Positions 1 through 10,552 of a stretch of DNA of 64,000 bases are shown in pieces. The notes under the pieces were generated by a model that saw only the letters and a list, made by a program, of their open reading frames with translations, ran no database searches and was not told the DNA's origin. Position 1 is the first letter of the stretch. Each line of letters opens with the position of its first letter. The position numbers were made by a program, and so were the translations under genes. The stretch is from assembly GCA_963719285.1 (NCBI GenBank), contig CAVRBO010000002.1:13566-77565 (forward strand). Reading direction: 5' to 3'. This DNA is from an uncultured Chloroflexia bacterium. GTDB taxonomy: Bacteria > Chloroflexota > Limnocylindria > Limnocylindrales > CSP1-4.

Positions 1-2475
1 GCGGCCGGTCGCGTCCCGCGCCCGGCCGAGGATCCACGGCAGGAGCTGCCAGTCGCCCCGGGTCCAGCGGTGCTGCCGGGCGGCCGCGACGAGGTAGTTG
101 GACGGGAACTCGTCGAACAGCTCCACGTCGGTGACCAGGCCGGCCCGCGCGAACACGCCCTCGAACAGGTCGTGGCTGAGCATCGTGTTGTCCGGGACCC
201 GGTCGGCCAGCGCCGCGCTGAACGCGTCGATGTCGTAGATCCCCTTGCCCGTGAAGCTGCCCTCGCCGTACAGGTCCTGGTACACGTCCGAGACCGCCGA
301 CGCGTACGGATCGATACCGGCACCGCCGGAGAAGATCCGCTGGTAGAGCGACGCCTCGTGCTCGGCCGGCAGCGTCGACGTGATCCGCGGCTGGAGGACG
401 CCGTAGCCCTGGGTCACCCGACCCGCCGCAGGATCGAAGACCGCCTCATTGAGGGGGTGGGCCATCGTCGCCACGAGGTGCCCGACCGCGCCGCGCGGCA
501 GGCGGGTATCGGCATCCAGGGTGACCACGTAGCGCACGCCGGGCGGCGGGATGGACGACGGTCGCCCGGTCGCGAGGATGTTCGTGGTCGTCGAGCCGCG
601 CAGCAGCGCGTTGAGCTCCTGGAGCTTGCCCCGTTTGCGCTCCCAGCCCATCCACACACGCTCGACATCGTTCCAGCTCCGCCGGCGATGGAACAGCAGG
701 AACCGGGCCCCTCCGCCGGGCGCCTCGCCATGGCGCTCGTTGAGCCGGTCGATGCCGGCCGCGGCCGCCGACAGCAGGTCATCGTCACCGGGGACGTGTT
801 CGGTCGGCGCATCGAGCCAGTCCGAGAGGAGGGCGAATCGGAGATCGCCCTCCCGGTTGGCGAGGTAGTGGACTTCGAGGCCGTTCACCTGGGCCTCTGC
901 ATCGGCCTCGCTGGTCAGTAGCATCGGCACGACGACCAGGGTCCGGAGCTCGGTCGGGACCCCGGCGTCCAGGTCGAGGCGCGGGAGCCGCCGTGGACCC
1001 AGGACGCCCGTGACCGAGCGGTTCACGAGCGCCACGGCGAGGTCGGATGCCGGGGCGAGGGCCAGCAGCCCGACGACGACGAGGCCGAGGCCCGCGGGAC
1101 CGGCCAGGGCGGACAGTCCGACCAGGATCGCGGCCAGCACCGCCGTGACGAGCGCGATGAACGCGACATACCCGCCCGAGGCCAGGCGGACGTACCGGCG
1201 ACGGAAGCGGACCGGCCGGGGGACCTCGACGCCAAGGCTCCGTTCGAAGGCGATCCGGCCGTGGGAGATCAGGTAGTGGCCGGGTTCGCGCCGTGGCGGC
1301 GGCCGCTCTTCGCTCCCGGTCGCGGGCGAGGGTGGGTGCGCCGTGGGGGGCGCGGTCGGGTTCGGGGGCGTCGGCGCGTCCGCGTCGGCCATGTCGGACG
1401 CCCGGCGAGCGATCTCGAGCTCCGTCAGGCCCGAGTCGCGAGCGAGCTCCTCCACGGCGTGGCGGTACCGGTCGCGGGTCGCGAAGTCCATCGCTCCGAA
1501 CGAGCTCCGCTCCCGCAGGATCGCGTCGACGAGGCTCACGCTCTCGACGAACTGCGCCCAGTCGAACCACGAGATCAGGCGCATGCTCGTGATGACGTTG
1601 CGGACCGTGACGTTCATGGCGGCCTGGCGCTGGTGCTCGAGGCGGACCATCTCCTCCGCCGTCGTGCCCTGCCGGGCGAGCAGGTCCTCGAGCCAGAGCA
1701 GCGCCGGTGTGACCGCCGGGTCCTGGTCGCGCAGGCGCTGGAAGAGCTCCACGCGCGCGGCGACTGGGAGGGACGCCCTGGCCAGCCGGCGCATGGCCGC
1801 CGCCGCCCCGCCCGGGCCGTCCGGGCCCAGGCCCAGTACCCCGTCCGCGAGCTCGTCGGCCTGCTGGCGCGCCACGCGGCCGCGCACGATCCGCTCCGCC
1901 AGCCGGCGCAGGTTGTCGACGAGGAGGATGCGCAGGCTGATCGCGATCGCCCACAGCTCGCCGATCGTGAGCGGCTCGACCTCCTGATAGGCGAGGACCA
2001 TGCGCCGGAGGCTCTCGGGATCGAACCGGCTGTCCGTGTGGGCGATGTACGCCCAGGCCACGCTGAGCACCCGCGGATAGCCCGTGAGGTGGCCTTCGGC
2101 CAGCTTCGGCAGCTCGCGGTAGTAGTCCGGCGGCAGGTCGTCGCGGATCTCCCGCAGCTGCTCGTCGACGATGGGGAAGTTGTCGACCAGCCACTCCGAT
2201 GCCGGGGTGACCCAGCGCTCGTCCATGATCGCCCGGGCCAGGACCCGGTACGACTCGAGCAGCACCCGGCCGTTGTCGGCGATCCGGGGGCCCACGGGGT
2301 GACCTTCGCGCGGCGCGTCTGTGACCCGGTCGGCGGCTGCCAGCGTACGGGCGTGCTGCTCGAGCCGCTCCACGCTGAACAGCTCCGCGAGGATCGGCTC
2401 CTCGAGCTCGACCTGCGGGCCGACGCGGCGGCGAGCGCGACCGGGCGGATCCCGGAGCGACTGATCCGATGTCAT
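1..2475 (-). CDS. ndvB: Cyclic beta-1,2-glucan synthase (Cgs/NdvB/ChvB family), N-terminal ~825 codons; continues off the left edge
   Basis: Manual translation from ATG 2475 is open to position 1 (absent from the ORF track because no stop is in the window). It contains EWLVDNFPIVDEQLREIRDDLPPDYYRELPKL, FHRRRSWNDVERVWMGWERKRGKLQELNALLRG, GEGSFTGKGIYD, LSHDLFEG and RQHRWTRGDWQ, all typical of Cgs GT84. Confidence 0.88.
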   Translation of the reverse strand, partial: MTSDQSLRDPPGRARRRVGPQVELEEPILAELFSVERLEQHARTLAAADRVTDAPREGHPVGPRIADNGRVLLESYRVLARAIMDERWVTPASEWLVDNFPIVDEQLREIRDDLPPDYYRELPKLAEGHLTGYPRVLSVAWAYIAHTDSRFDPESLRRMVLAYQEVEPLTIGELWAIAISLRILLVDNLRRLAERIVRGRVARQQADELADGVLGLGPDGPGGAAAAMRRLARASLPVAARVELFQRLRDQDPAVTPALLWLEDLLARQGTTAEEMVRLEHQRQAAMNVTVRNVITSMRLISWFDWAQFVESVSLVDAILRERSSFGAMDFATRDRYRHAVEELARDSGLTELEIARRASDMADADAPTPPNPTAPPTAHPPSPATGSEERPPPRREPGHYLISHGRIAFERSLGVEVPRPVRFRRRYVRLASGGYVAFIALVTAVLAAILVGLSALAGPAGLGLVVVGLLALAPASDLAVALVNRSVTGVLGPRRLPRLDLDAGVPTELRTLVVVPMLLTSEADAEAQVNGLEVHYLANREGDLRFALLSDWLDAPTEHVPGDDDLLSAAAAGIDRLNERHGEAPGGGARFLLFHRRRSWNDVERVWMGWERKRGKLQELNALLRGSTTTNILATGRPSSIPPPGVRYVVTLDADTRLPRGAVGHLVATMAHPLNEAVFDPAAGRVTQGYGVLQPRITSTLPAEHEASLYQRIFSGGAGIDPYASAVSDVYQDLYGEGSFTGKGIYDIDAFSAALADRVPDNTMLSHDLFEGVFARAGLVTDVELFDEFPSNYLVAAARQHRWTRGDWQLLPWILGRARDATGR

Positions 2476-2599
2476 CTGCGATCTCGGCGCACGGCCCGAA
2501 CCGGCCCGTCCGCGCCTTCACCTGGGGGAACCGGTCGATGATAGCCGCCGCCGAGGGCGCCGGCCCCCGAGAGGCGGACGAGCGTGGCCGAGCCGATAC

Positions 2600-3322
2600 C
2601 TATCGCCGGACCGACGGGGCGTCCAGGACGCCCTCGCGCAGCTCCAGGACCTCGTCGGCGATCTCGAGCAGGGTCGGGTCGTGGGAGGTCAGGAGGAGCG
2701 TGACCCCGTCGTCGATGACGGCCCGCCGGAGGAGCGCGGCGATCGCCCGGCTCGTGTCGTGGTCGAGCTGGGCGGTGGGTTCGTCGGCCAGGACGATGGC
2801 CGGCCGACCCGCCAGGGCGCGGGCGACCGCGACCCGCTGCTGCTCGCCGCCGGAGAGTTCCTCGGGCCGATGGGCGGCCCGCCGGCCGAGGCCCACGCCC
2901 TCGAGCATCTCGGCCACCCGGGCATCGCGCGCGGCGGGCGCCGTGCCGCGCAATCGGAGCGGGATCTCGACGTTCTCGGCGGCCGACAGGATCGGCACGA
3001 GGCTCGACGCCTGGAACACGTGAGACACGGTCTCACGACGCATTCGGACGAGGCCCGACTCGTCGAGCGCGTCCAGCCGCACGCCATCGATGACGACGCT
3101 GCCCGCGTCCGGCCGATCGAGCGCGCCGAGGATGTTGAGCAGGGTCGTCTTGCCCGCCCCGGAACGCCCCGTGATCCCGACGATCGCGCCACGCCGGACG
3201 GTCAGGTCGAGGCCGCGCAGGACGTGGACCACGCCGTCGCCGCTGCGAAAGTCCCGGACGAGGCCGCGCGCGTCGAGGAGCACGCCGTCGGCCGGGGGGA
3301 GCGTGCCGGCGTTATTCGTCAT
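2600..3322 (-). CDS. ABC transporter ATP-binding protein (LolD/MacB-like)
   Basis: Walker A GRSGAGKTT, signature LSGGEQQR, Walker B IVLADEPT, SHD H-loop; ATG 3322 overlaps the upstream stop. Confidence 0.92.
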   Translation of the reverse strand: MTNNAGTLPPADGVLLDARGLVRDFRSGDGVVHVLRGLDLTVRRGAIVGITGRSGAGKTTLLNILGALDRPDAGSVVIDGVRLDALDESGLVRMRRETVSHVFQASSLVPILSAAENVEIPLRLRGTAPAARDARVAEMLEGVGLGRRAAHRPEELSGGEQQRVAVARALAGRPAIVLADEPTAQLDHDTSRAIAALLRRAVIDDGVTLLLTSHDPTLLEIADEVLELREGVLDAPSVRR

Positions 3323-4320
3323 GGCGCGTCGTCCCGGGCGGCATCGCGCCGGGGCGAGCCATCGTCGGGCCAGACGCCGATATGGTCGTGCTCGAGGCGG
3401 AGGCGGACGCGCCGCTTCAGACCGAGGGCCTCCACGTGCGCCCGCGGGAGCTGCAGCCGGCCGGCCTGATCGAGCACCGCGAACTCCTCCCCCTCGAGTT
3501 CGCCCGCCGCATGATCGGCGCCGGCGCGCCGGAGCGTCTCGGTGCTCGTGCGCCCGTCGCGGATGGCGACCGTGCGCTGGACGTGGTCGGCCACGAGCGG
3601 GTCGTGGGTCACCAGCACGATCGACGTTCCGGTTTCCTGGTTCACCCGGCGCAGGGCGGCGAACAGCTCGGCCGCGCTGGCGGTGTCGAGCTTGCCGGTG
3701 GGCTCGTCGGCGAGCAGGACCGCCGGCCTGTTGGCGAGCGCGATCGCCACCGCGAGGCGCTGCTGCTCGCCACCGGACAGGCTGCCGGGGCGGAGTCCGC
3801 GGCGATCCCGGTCGAGACCGACCAGGTCGAGCAGCCCGGTGGTCCGCGCCGCCCGGTCGCCCGCGCCCACCCCGTCGAGCATCATCGGCAGCTCGACGTT
3901 GCCGCCGGCGGTCAGGTACGGCAGCGAGTTCCGCTCCGTCTGCTGCCACACGAACCCGACGGTCCGCCGCCGGTAGTCGGCTCGCTGGCGCTCGTTCAGG
4001 CGGCCCAGGTCGACTCCCGCGACCACGGCCCGGCCGGCGGACGGGCTGTCGAGTCCGCCGAGGATGTTCATGAGGGTCGACTTGCCGCTGCCCGACGCTC
4101 CCACGATCGCCATCACCTCGCCCTGCTCGACCCGCAGGTCGAGACCCTGGAGGGCGACGACCTCGAGTCCCGCGACCGCGTAGATCTTGACCAGGTTGTC
4201 GCACAGGATCGCCGGCCCGTCGAAGGCAGGGCGAAGGTCCTCGATCGTGGCCCGCGGCGCGATCGCGGGCGACGTCGATCCGGCGGGCTCGGGGTCGGTG
4301 GCGAACGAGCGTCGGGACAT
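3319..4320 (-). CDS. ABC transporter ATP-binding protein with C-terminal AbrB/MazE-like extension
   Basis: GASGSGKST, LSGGEQQR, LLADEPTG, THD; C-terminus EFAVLDQAGRLQLPRAHVEALGLKRRVRL resembles an AbrB-type swapped hairpin. Confidence 0.9.
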   Translation of the reverse strand: MSRRSFATDPEPAGSTSPAIAPRATIEDLRPAFDGPAILCDNLVKIYAVAGLEVVALQGLDLRVEQGEVMAIVGASGSGKSTLMNILGGLDSPSAGRAVVAGVDLGRLNERQRADYRRRTVGFVWQQTERNSLPYLTAGGNVELPMMLDGVGAGDRAARTTGLLDLVGLDRDRRGLRPGSLSGGEQQRLAVAIALANRPAVLLADEPTGKLDTASAAELFAALRRVNQETGTSIVLVTHDPLVADHVQRTVAIRDGRTSTETLRRAGADHAAGELEGEEFAVLDQAGRLQLPRAHVEALGLKRRVRLRLEHDHIGVWPDDGSPRRDAARDDAP

Positions 4321-4378
4321 GTCGCCGCTCACCCTACGCGAGATCGGGGTCGGGACGGCGAGTGGCCGCGCGGGACGG

Positions 4379-7141
4379 TCACGTCTCGGCCGACCGGATC
4401 CACTCGGCCACGTTCGACGAGCCGACGACGCGGCCCACGACCAGGACCGCGGCGAGCCCGGCGACCGCCGGCGCCAGGACCGCCAGGGCGATGCCCGACG
4501 GGTCGACCGTCGTCGGCGCGGCGACGGCGACGCCGACGAACCGCTCGATGCCCAGGTCGGGAACGACGAACGTCGCCGTCGCGAGGCCCAGGCCGAGCCC
4601 GCCCACGATGGCGACGACGACGGTCGAGCCGATCTCCAGGACGACGATGCCGACGGCCCGCCTGCCCGGCAGCCCGATGGCCCGGAGCAGCGACATCTCG
4701 GTGGACCGCGTGGCGAGAGCCTGGGCGACGGCGGCTCCCACGACCAGCGCCGCGTAGAGCGCGGCGACGACCTCCGCGATCAGGAACGCCGTCGTCATCG
4801 TGTCCACGAGCGGCGCGGCCCGCAGCGTCGCCGCCACGTCCGACCGGGTGACCAGCGCCAGGCCCGCTCGATACGGCTGGAGCACGGTCTCGATGGCCGC
4901 TCGAGCCTCCGGTCCACCCCGCACGAAGGCCTGGGTCGGCCCGAACGTCCGGCCGGGGAACGCGACCCGGAGGGCGTCGAGCGGCGCCACGAGCCCGCGT
5001 CCGAGCTCGGCGGCCGGGACGAGGTCGCCCACGCCGACCACGACGACGCTGGCGGTGTCCGTACCCATCGACAGGCGGACGACGCTGCCGACCTGGAGAC
5101 CCGTGTCCGATGCGACGCTCGCGGCCAGGACCATGGGAACCGGTCGATCCGGCGACCCGTCGGCCGGCGTGGCCGGGCGGAACCCTGCCGGATACGCCGC
5201 CGCGATCGGTGTCCCGGCGGTGACCGCGGCGTAGCCCGGCGCGTCCAGGCCGATGACGTCGACCGACTGGCCCGTGTAGCCGATCCCGAGCAGTGTTCCC
5301 GCATCCCGGCTCGCGACGGCGGTCGGGCCGATCGCGGCTAGGGCCGTGAAGTCGAGGTTCGGAGGCAGCGTCCCCGGGTGGGTCGCCTCGATGCGGTAGT
5401 CGGCCCCCACTTCCGCGGCGGCCGCCAGGTCCTGGGTCCGGCCGATCGTGGTCGCCACGCTCGAGGCGAGGACACCCGCCGCGACCGCGACGAGGAGGAC
5501 GAGGAGCGGCAGCTCGTGCGTCCGCGGGCCACGGGCGAGGTCCCGGATCGCGTGCAGCGCGACGAAGCCACGCCCGCGGCGGGCGATCCGGGCGAGCCCC
5601 GCCACCACGGCGTCGAACACCCGGAGCATGAGGACCGCGCCGGCGACCGCGAGCATCGCCGGGGCGGCCGCCCGGTACGGATCCGGAGGGGCGGTCGGGT
5701 CCGTCGGCCCGCCCGACCGGAGGGCGACCGCGCTGGCCACCGCGACGATGACGACCGCGGCGTCGAGGACCCGACGCCGGTTGCGGGCATCGATGCTCCG
5801 CTCGGTCCGCTGGCGGCCGCTCGCGAGCGAAGCCCGGGCCGCGCCGAGCCCGCTGGCGAGGAGCAGCAGGATCGCCACGATGCCGACGACGATCGCCCCG
5901 GGGGCGCCTTCGGGAACGCCGGCCACGAGCACGATCGCGAGGACCGCGCCGAGCGCCACGGCGGGGACGACGAGGGCGACCGCCTCGACCAGTGCGATCC
6001 TGAGCAACCGCCGGAGGTCGGCCCCGCGGGCGCGCGCCAGGCGAACGGTCGTGCCCCGACGCCGCGCCAGCGCCGCGGCCACGAGCGCCAGCGCGCCCGT
6101 GCTCGCGACGATCGCGCCGACCGACGCCAGGGCGAGGGCCGTCGCGGCGATCGTCCGTTGGGACCGGTACAGCTCGAGCAGTGGCGACAGGCCCGTCGAC
6201 AAGCCGGGCGTGTCCAGGACGCCGGACCCGCTGAACGGGTGGGCGACGCGCAGCTTGGCCAGGTCGACCGACAGGCGGTCCGTACCAACGGAGGCGACGG
6301 TGTCGAGGTCGAGCGGGAACCGCCAGCGGTAACGAAGGCGCGACTCCGTGAAGTCGCCGACGAGCTGCGGGTACACGTCCGGCGACAGGAGGCCGATCGC
6401 GTGATAGGCGAACAGCTCCTGGGAGAGCTGCTGGACCCCCGGGCTGTCGAGGGTCGCATCGCCGAACCAGCGCGGGTCCGTGGGGTCGGCCACATCGAAC
6501 AGCCCGACGACCCGAGCGCCCGCATAACCGATCTGGTTCTTGCCCGGCACGAGCACGAGCTGGTCGCCCACGCCGACCTTGAGGGTCGTCGCCGTCGTGC
6601 GCGACATCGCCACCTCGTACACGGGCCAGTCGAACTCGGGCTGGTCGCCGAAGGGCCGGACGAGGATGCCGAGGTGGCTCGTGGGTGCCCGGCCGGCGTA
6701 GTAGTGGACGGCGTCCCCGATCGCCGGTTCGATCCGGAACGTGACGCTCGTGATGATCTGGGGCGGGGCGACCGCGAGGAGTTCCTGGCCGTCGATCACG
6801 TCGACCCGCCTGGACACGGCGCTCGCCAGCGAACCGGGCAGTTCGGACTGCAGCTCGTCGCCGGCCGCCGCGACGCCCGCGAGCGGGTCGCCGGTTCCTC
6901 CGCCACCGGGCGTGCCAGGTTCGATCCGTCCGGACCGCTCGAACTCGAGGCCGGATCGGCCCGCTGAGACGGTCCGCAGGAGGGACGGCAGGGCGGCATC
7001 GGTGGTCTTCACGAACCACAGGGGCGTCGCCGTGGCCAGGAACGAGGTGAGGCTCACGACCGCGAACACGGCGATGACCGCGGCCGGCGCCGCCCGGAGC
7101 CAGACGCCGACGAGCCGGAGGACCGCCAGCGGGCGCCTCAC
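4379..7141 (-). CDS. Large FtsX/MacB-like ABC permease (~920 aa)
   Basis: GTG 7141 overlaps the upstream TGA; multiple TM segments, RRGTTVRLARARGA and RSTEMSLLRAIG FtsX-type motifs, and large extracytoplasmic domains. Confidence 0.85.
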   Translation of the reverse strand: MRRPLAVLRLVGVWLRAAPAAVIAVFAVVSLTSFLATATPLWFVKTTDAALPSLLRTVSAGRSGLEFERSGRIEPGTPGGGGTGDPLAGVAAAGDELQSELPGSLASAVSRRVDVIDGQELLAVAPPQIITSVTFRIEPAIGDAVHYYAGRAPTSHLGILVRPFGDQPEFDWPVYEVAMSRTTATTLKVGVGDQLVLVPGKNQIGYAGARVVGLFDVADPTDPRWFGDATLDSPGVQQLSQELFAYHAIGLLSPDVYPQLVGDFTESRLRYRWRFPLDLDTVASVGTDRLSVDLAKLRVAHPFSGSGVLDTPGLSTGLSPLLELYRSQRTIAATALALASVGAIVASTGALALVAAALARRRGTTVRLARARGADLRRLLRIALVEAVALVVPAVALGAVLAIVLVAGVPEGAPGAIVVGIVAILLLLASGLGAARASLASGRQRTERSIDARNRRRVLDAAVVIVAVASAVALRSGGPTDPTAPPDPYRAAAPAMLAVAGAVLMLRVFDAVVAGLARIARRGRGFVALHAIRDLARGPRTHELPLLVLLVAVAAGVLASSVATTIGRTQDLAAAAEVGADYRIEATHPGTLPPNLDFTALAAIGPTAVASRDAGTLLGIGYTGQSVDVIGLDAPGYAAVTAGTPIAAAYPAGFRPATPADGSPDRPVPMVLAASVASDTGLQVGSVVRLSMGTDTASVVVVGVGDLVPAAELGRGLVAPLDALRVAFPGRTFGPTQAFVRGGPEARAAIETVLQPYRAGLALVTRSDVAATLRAAPLVDTMTTAFLIAEVVAALYAALVVGAAVAQALATRSTEMSLLRAIGLPGRRAVGIVVLEIGSTVVVAIVGGLGLGLATATFVVPDLGIERFVGVAVAAPTTVDPSGIALAVLAPAVAGLAAVLVVGRVVGSSNVAEWIRSAET

Positions 7142-10100
7142 GACTCGCCCCGCAGCGGCTCGGTCATCCCGGCACGAGCCACTGTCCGCGACAAAACCGC
7201 GCCCGTGACGCCGACGAGCAGGCCGCTCAGCGCCACGTACCCGGCGATGAGGTCGAGGGGGACGGCCACGAGAGCCGGCGGGAGCGCAGGCCCGCCGCCG
7301 GGGGCGAGCGTCACGGCGGGCAGGACGAGCCACTCGAGCGCGAGCCCGAGCGCGATCCCCCAGCCGACCCCGGTCGCGACCGGGAATGCCTGCTCGAGGA
7401 CCAGCCAGCCACCGATCTGGCGGCCGGACAGGCCGAGCGCCCGGGCGACGGCGAACTCGGCCAGCCGGCTCTGGGTCGACGCCCAAGCCGCCGCCGCGAA
7501 CCCGATGGCGGCGAACCCCGCGGCTGCGGCGGCGGCAAGGATGAGCATCCCCGAGATGGCCAACGCGATCGGGTCGTTGAGATGAGACTCAGTCTCGATC
7601 ACTCGCGAGCGCACGCCCTGCAGCGCGGCCGGTCCGACGGACAGTGCCGCCGCGACCGCCCGGTCGGTGGCCGGCGAGACGGACAGCCACCACTCGTCTG
7701 GCGCCGGGATCGTCCCGTCCGACGCGTACCGGGTCAGCTGGAACGACCCGAGGTCCACGATCGCGATGCCGGTCACGGGCAGGCCCGGGAACGCCGTCAC
7801 GACGTCCAGCGCCCGGATCTTGCGGACCACCGACGACGCGTGGCGGACGAGGATCACGTCGCCCGCCGACGTCCCGGTCGACGTCAGCACGGCCTGATCG
7901 ACCAGGCCCGCCAGGGGTGCACCGGCAAGGTCGGCCAGGGCCGACGGCCGCGCGACGATCGTCTGGGTGCCGGGACCGGTCAGCGGCGCCTCCGGGCCGA
8001 CCGTGCCGGCGATCACGTCTCCGGGCGCACCCGGCGCGGCCGCGAGCGGCGTCGGCCGGACGTCGAACGCGCTCCGGATCATCGTCCAAGCCTGGAACGT
8101 GGCGCCTGCGGCGATCGGCGCCCAGGATCCGCCGGCCGGAGCCAAGCTCGTCTCGAGGCCTTGGATCCCGACGCTCCCGGCAAGGACCTGGCCCCCCGGG
8201 AGTGCCAACTGGAGCTCGCATGCCACGATCCCGGCGGTACGCGCGCCGGCCATCGCAAGGGGCGCCGGGATCGGGACCACGAACGGGTCGCCGGGCGCGC
8301 CCAGGGCTGGACTGGACGTGATCCGGTGGAGGGTCCCATCCGCGTCGCGCACCACGAGGGCCAGGCTCAACCCGGCCCACCCGGCGGGCAGGTTCGCCGC
8401 GCCGCCGACCGGGGACAGGTCCAGGTCCACTCCGACGCGTACGCGCCGTGCGCCTGCGGGCAGCGCGAGCATGGGCAGGTCCGGGCGGGCGGCCGCGAGT
8501 CCGGCCATCAGGTCGCCGAGCGGACGGCCCGCGAGGTCGGGCCGGAACGCCGCGATCGAGCTCATCGCCTCCGGCACGACGGCGAGCAGCATCCCGTGCT
8601 GGAGGTCGGACGCCGTCGCGAAGTCCTCGTGCACGACCGGCGTCGCCCCGGTGACGCCCGGGATCGCGAGATACGCGGCGGCCGCGGCCGTGTCGGCGAG
8701 CGCCGCGCCCGGCCCGACCTGGCCCCGGATGTCGGCTCCGACCGCGTGGGCCGCCTGATCGCGCTGCGATCCCTGCCATGTCCGCGCGTAGCCCACCGCG
8801 AACAGGCCGATCGCGGCGGACATCGCGAACAGGAGCGCCGGCCGTCCGTACGCCGCGGACCGGCGGGCGACGCTTCGGACGCTCAGCGCGCCGGCGACGC
8901 TGCCCCCACGGACCAGCCCCGCTTCCATTCCCCGGCCGATGACCGGCACGATCCGGAGCAGGAGGATCGCGCCGGCCAGCAATCCGATCGCCGGTCCGGC
9001 CGCCGCGAGAGGCGTCGCGGTCACGTCCCCTGGGCCGGCGGATCCGCGCAGCCGCCAGAGCGCGATCGCCCCGATGCCTGCCAGGGCAAGGTCGATCCGG
9101 CTGCGCTGGAGCAATGCCGCGGCTCGCTGTCGGCCGGGCGAGCGGTGGACGCGCGCGAGCGGTCCCACGGCCAGGGCCGTCGGCAGGGTCAGGCCCGCGA
9201 CCGCGACGAGTGCTGCCACGCCTGCCAGCTCGACGACCTCCTGCGAAAGCTGCACGACCGCCGGAGCGATGAGGGCCGATGTGGCAGCCACCGAGGGACC
9301 GGCCGCCGCGAGGAACGTCGCGAGCCACAGGCCGAGGGGAAGGCCCAGCGCCGCAGCCGGAACGGCGACGAACAGTGACTCGATGAGGGCCAGGCCGACG
9401 AGATGGCGCGACGATGCGCCTCGCGCGCGGAGCAGGCTCGTCGTCGCCCGGCGCTGGCCCACGACGAGGGCGGCCACGAAGAGGAGTGCGTACAGCGCGA
9501 GCACCACCATCTGACCGGCCACGAGGCCAGACCCGGAGTCGGCCTGGGTGAGGCCGATCGAGACGGCTCCCAGGAGGCGCGGGAGCTCGGTCCCGACCAC
9601 GATGGCCTGACCCCGGCCGAGCCGGCCGGCAAGCCGGTCGGGCAGCGCGCCGACATTGCCGCCGATCGTCGCCAGGTTCTCCGGCGCGAACGCCTCGAAC
9701 CTGGGGACCGCCCGCCACGCCAGCGAGACGCGAGTCACGATCGTCCGGAGGAGGAGCGCCTGGCGACCGATGAACAGCGGACCGTTGGTGGTGAACGGGC
9801 CGCGCTGCTCGCTGCCGGTGAGGAGCAATGGATCGCCGCCCCAGAACGCGTCCGCAGGGTCGTTCGCGGCGAACACGCCGACGATGTGGACGCGGAACCT
9901 GACCTTCGGGTCGAGTCGGCTCCCGACATCCAGGAGGCTGCCGGCGTCGACGTGCATGGCGAGCGCCGCAGGCTCGCCGACGGCGGCTTCCAGGTCGGCC
10001 GGGCCGGCAGTCGACGGGGCGGTCGGCGGGCCCGCATCCGCGGCCCATCGCCCGCGCAGCAGGTGAGCGTGCGCCTCGATCCCGTCGGCGAACGCAAAGC

Positions 10101-10449
10101 GGGTCGCGGGGCTCCGCGCATCGGCGCTCGGCGGGCCGTAAGCCTCGGACAGCGCCGTCATGGCGATGTCGCCGCTCGCCGGACCGAGTGCTTCGGCGAT
10201 CACGTCGCGGACGGTCGTGTCGAACGCGTCGGCGTCCGATCGGCGCACGTCGATCGACACCGATATCGCGGACGCGACAGGATCGGCCGCAGCCAGCGTC
10301 CGGGCGATCCCGGCACGGACGATGGCATCCGGGTACACCGCCGCGGCGACGAGTACGCCGGCCGCGACGAGGACAACGAGGCCGGCGGCAGCCACGAGCG
10401 CCGCGTCATGCGTCGCGCGCCGCAGTGCGACGCCCAGCCATCCGCCCAT
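7138..10449 (-). CDS. Large FtsX/MacB-like ABC permease (~1,100 aa)
   Basis: RRATTSLLRARGAS and RLAEFAVARALGLS motifs, TM clusters, IGADIRG-type (VGADIRG) segment; same operon as the two ATPases. Confidence 0.85.
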   Translation of the reverse strand: MGGWLGVALRRATHDAALVAAAGLVVLVAAGVLVAAAVYPDAIVRAGIARTLAAADPVASAISVSIDVRRSDADAFDTTVRDVIAEALGPASGDIAMTALSEAYGPPSADARSPATRFAFADGIEAHAHLLRGRWAADAGPPTAPSTAGPADLEAAVGEPAALAMHVDAGSLLDVGSRLDPKVRFRVHIVGVFAANDPADAFWGGDPLLLTGSEQRGPFTTNGPLFIGRQALLLRTIVTRVSLAWRAVPRFEAFAPENLATIGGNVGALPDRLAGRLGRGQAIVVGTELPRLLGAVSIGLTQADSGSGLVAGQMVVLALYALLFVAALVVGQRRATTSLLRARGASSRHLVGLALIESLFVAVPAAALGLPLGLWLATFLAAAGPSVAATSALIAPAVVQLSQEVVELAGVAALVAVAGLTLPTALAVGPLARVHRSPGRQRAAALLQRSRIDLALAGIGAIALWRLRGSAGPGDVTATPLAAAGPAIGLLAGAILLLRIVPVIGRGMEAGLVRGGSVAGALSVRSVARRSAAYGRPALLFAMSAAIGLFAVGYARTWQGSQRDQAAHAVGADIRGQVGPGAALADTAAAAAYLAIPGVTGATPVVHEDFATASDLQHGMLLAVVPEAMSSIAAFRPDLAGRPLGDLMAGLAAARPDLPMLALPAGARRVRVGVDLDLSPVGGAANLPAGWAGLSLALVVRDADGTLHRITSSPALGAPGDPFVVPIPAPLAMAGARTAGIVACELQLALPGGQVLAGSVGIQGLETSLAPAGGSWAPIAAGATFQAWTMIRSAFDVRPTPLAAAPGAPGDVIAGTVGPEAPLTGPGTQTIVARPSALADLAGAPLAGLVDQAVLTSTGTSAGDVILVRHASSVVRKIRALDVVTAFPGLPVTGIAIVDLGSFQLTRYASDGTIPAPDEWWLSVSPATDRAVAAALSVGPAALQGVRSRVIETESHLNDPIALAISGMLILAAAAAAGFAAIGFAAAAWASTQSRLAEFAVARALGLSGRQIGGWLVLEQAFPVATGVGWGIALGLALEWLVLPAVTLAPGGGPALPPALVAVPLDLIAGYVALSGLLVGVTGAVLSRTVARAGMTEPLRGES

Positions 10450-10552
10450 CGTCAAGGTGTCCGGTCGTCCAGGGTCAGGCGTCGACGACGACGGGACGAG
10501 ACGGGCGCACGCGAATCAGGATCTGGAGCGCTCGCGGATCTGGCGTCGGATC

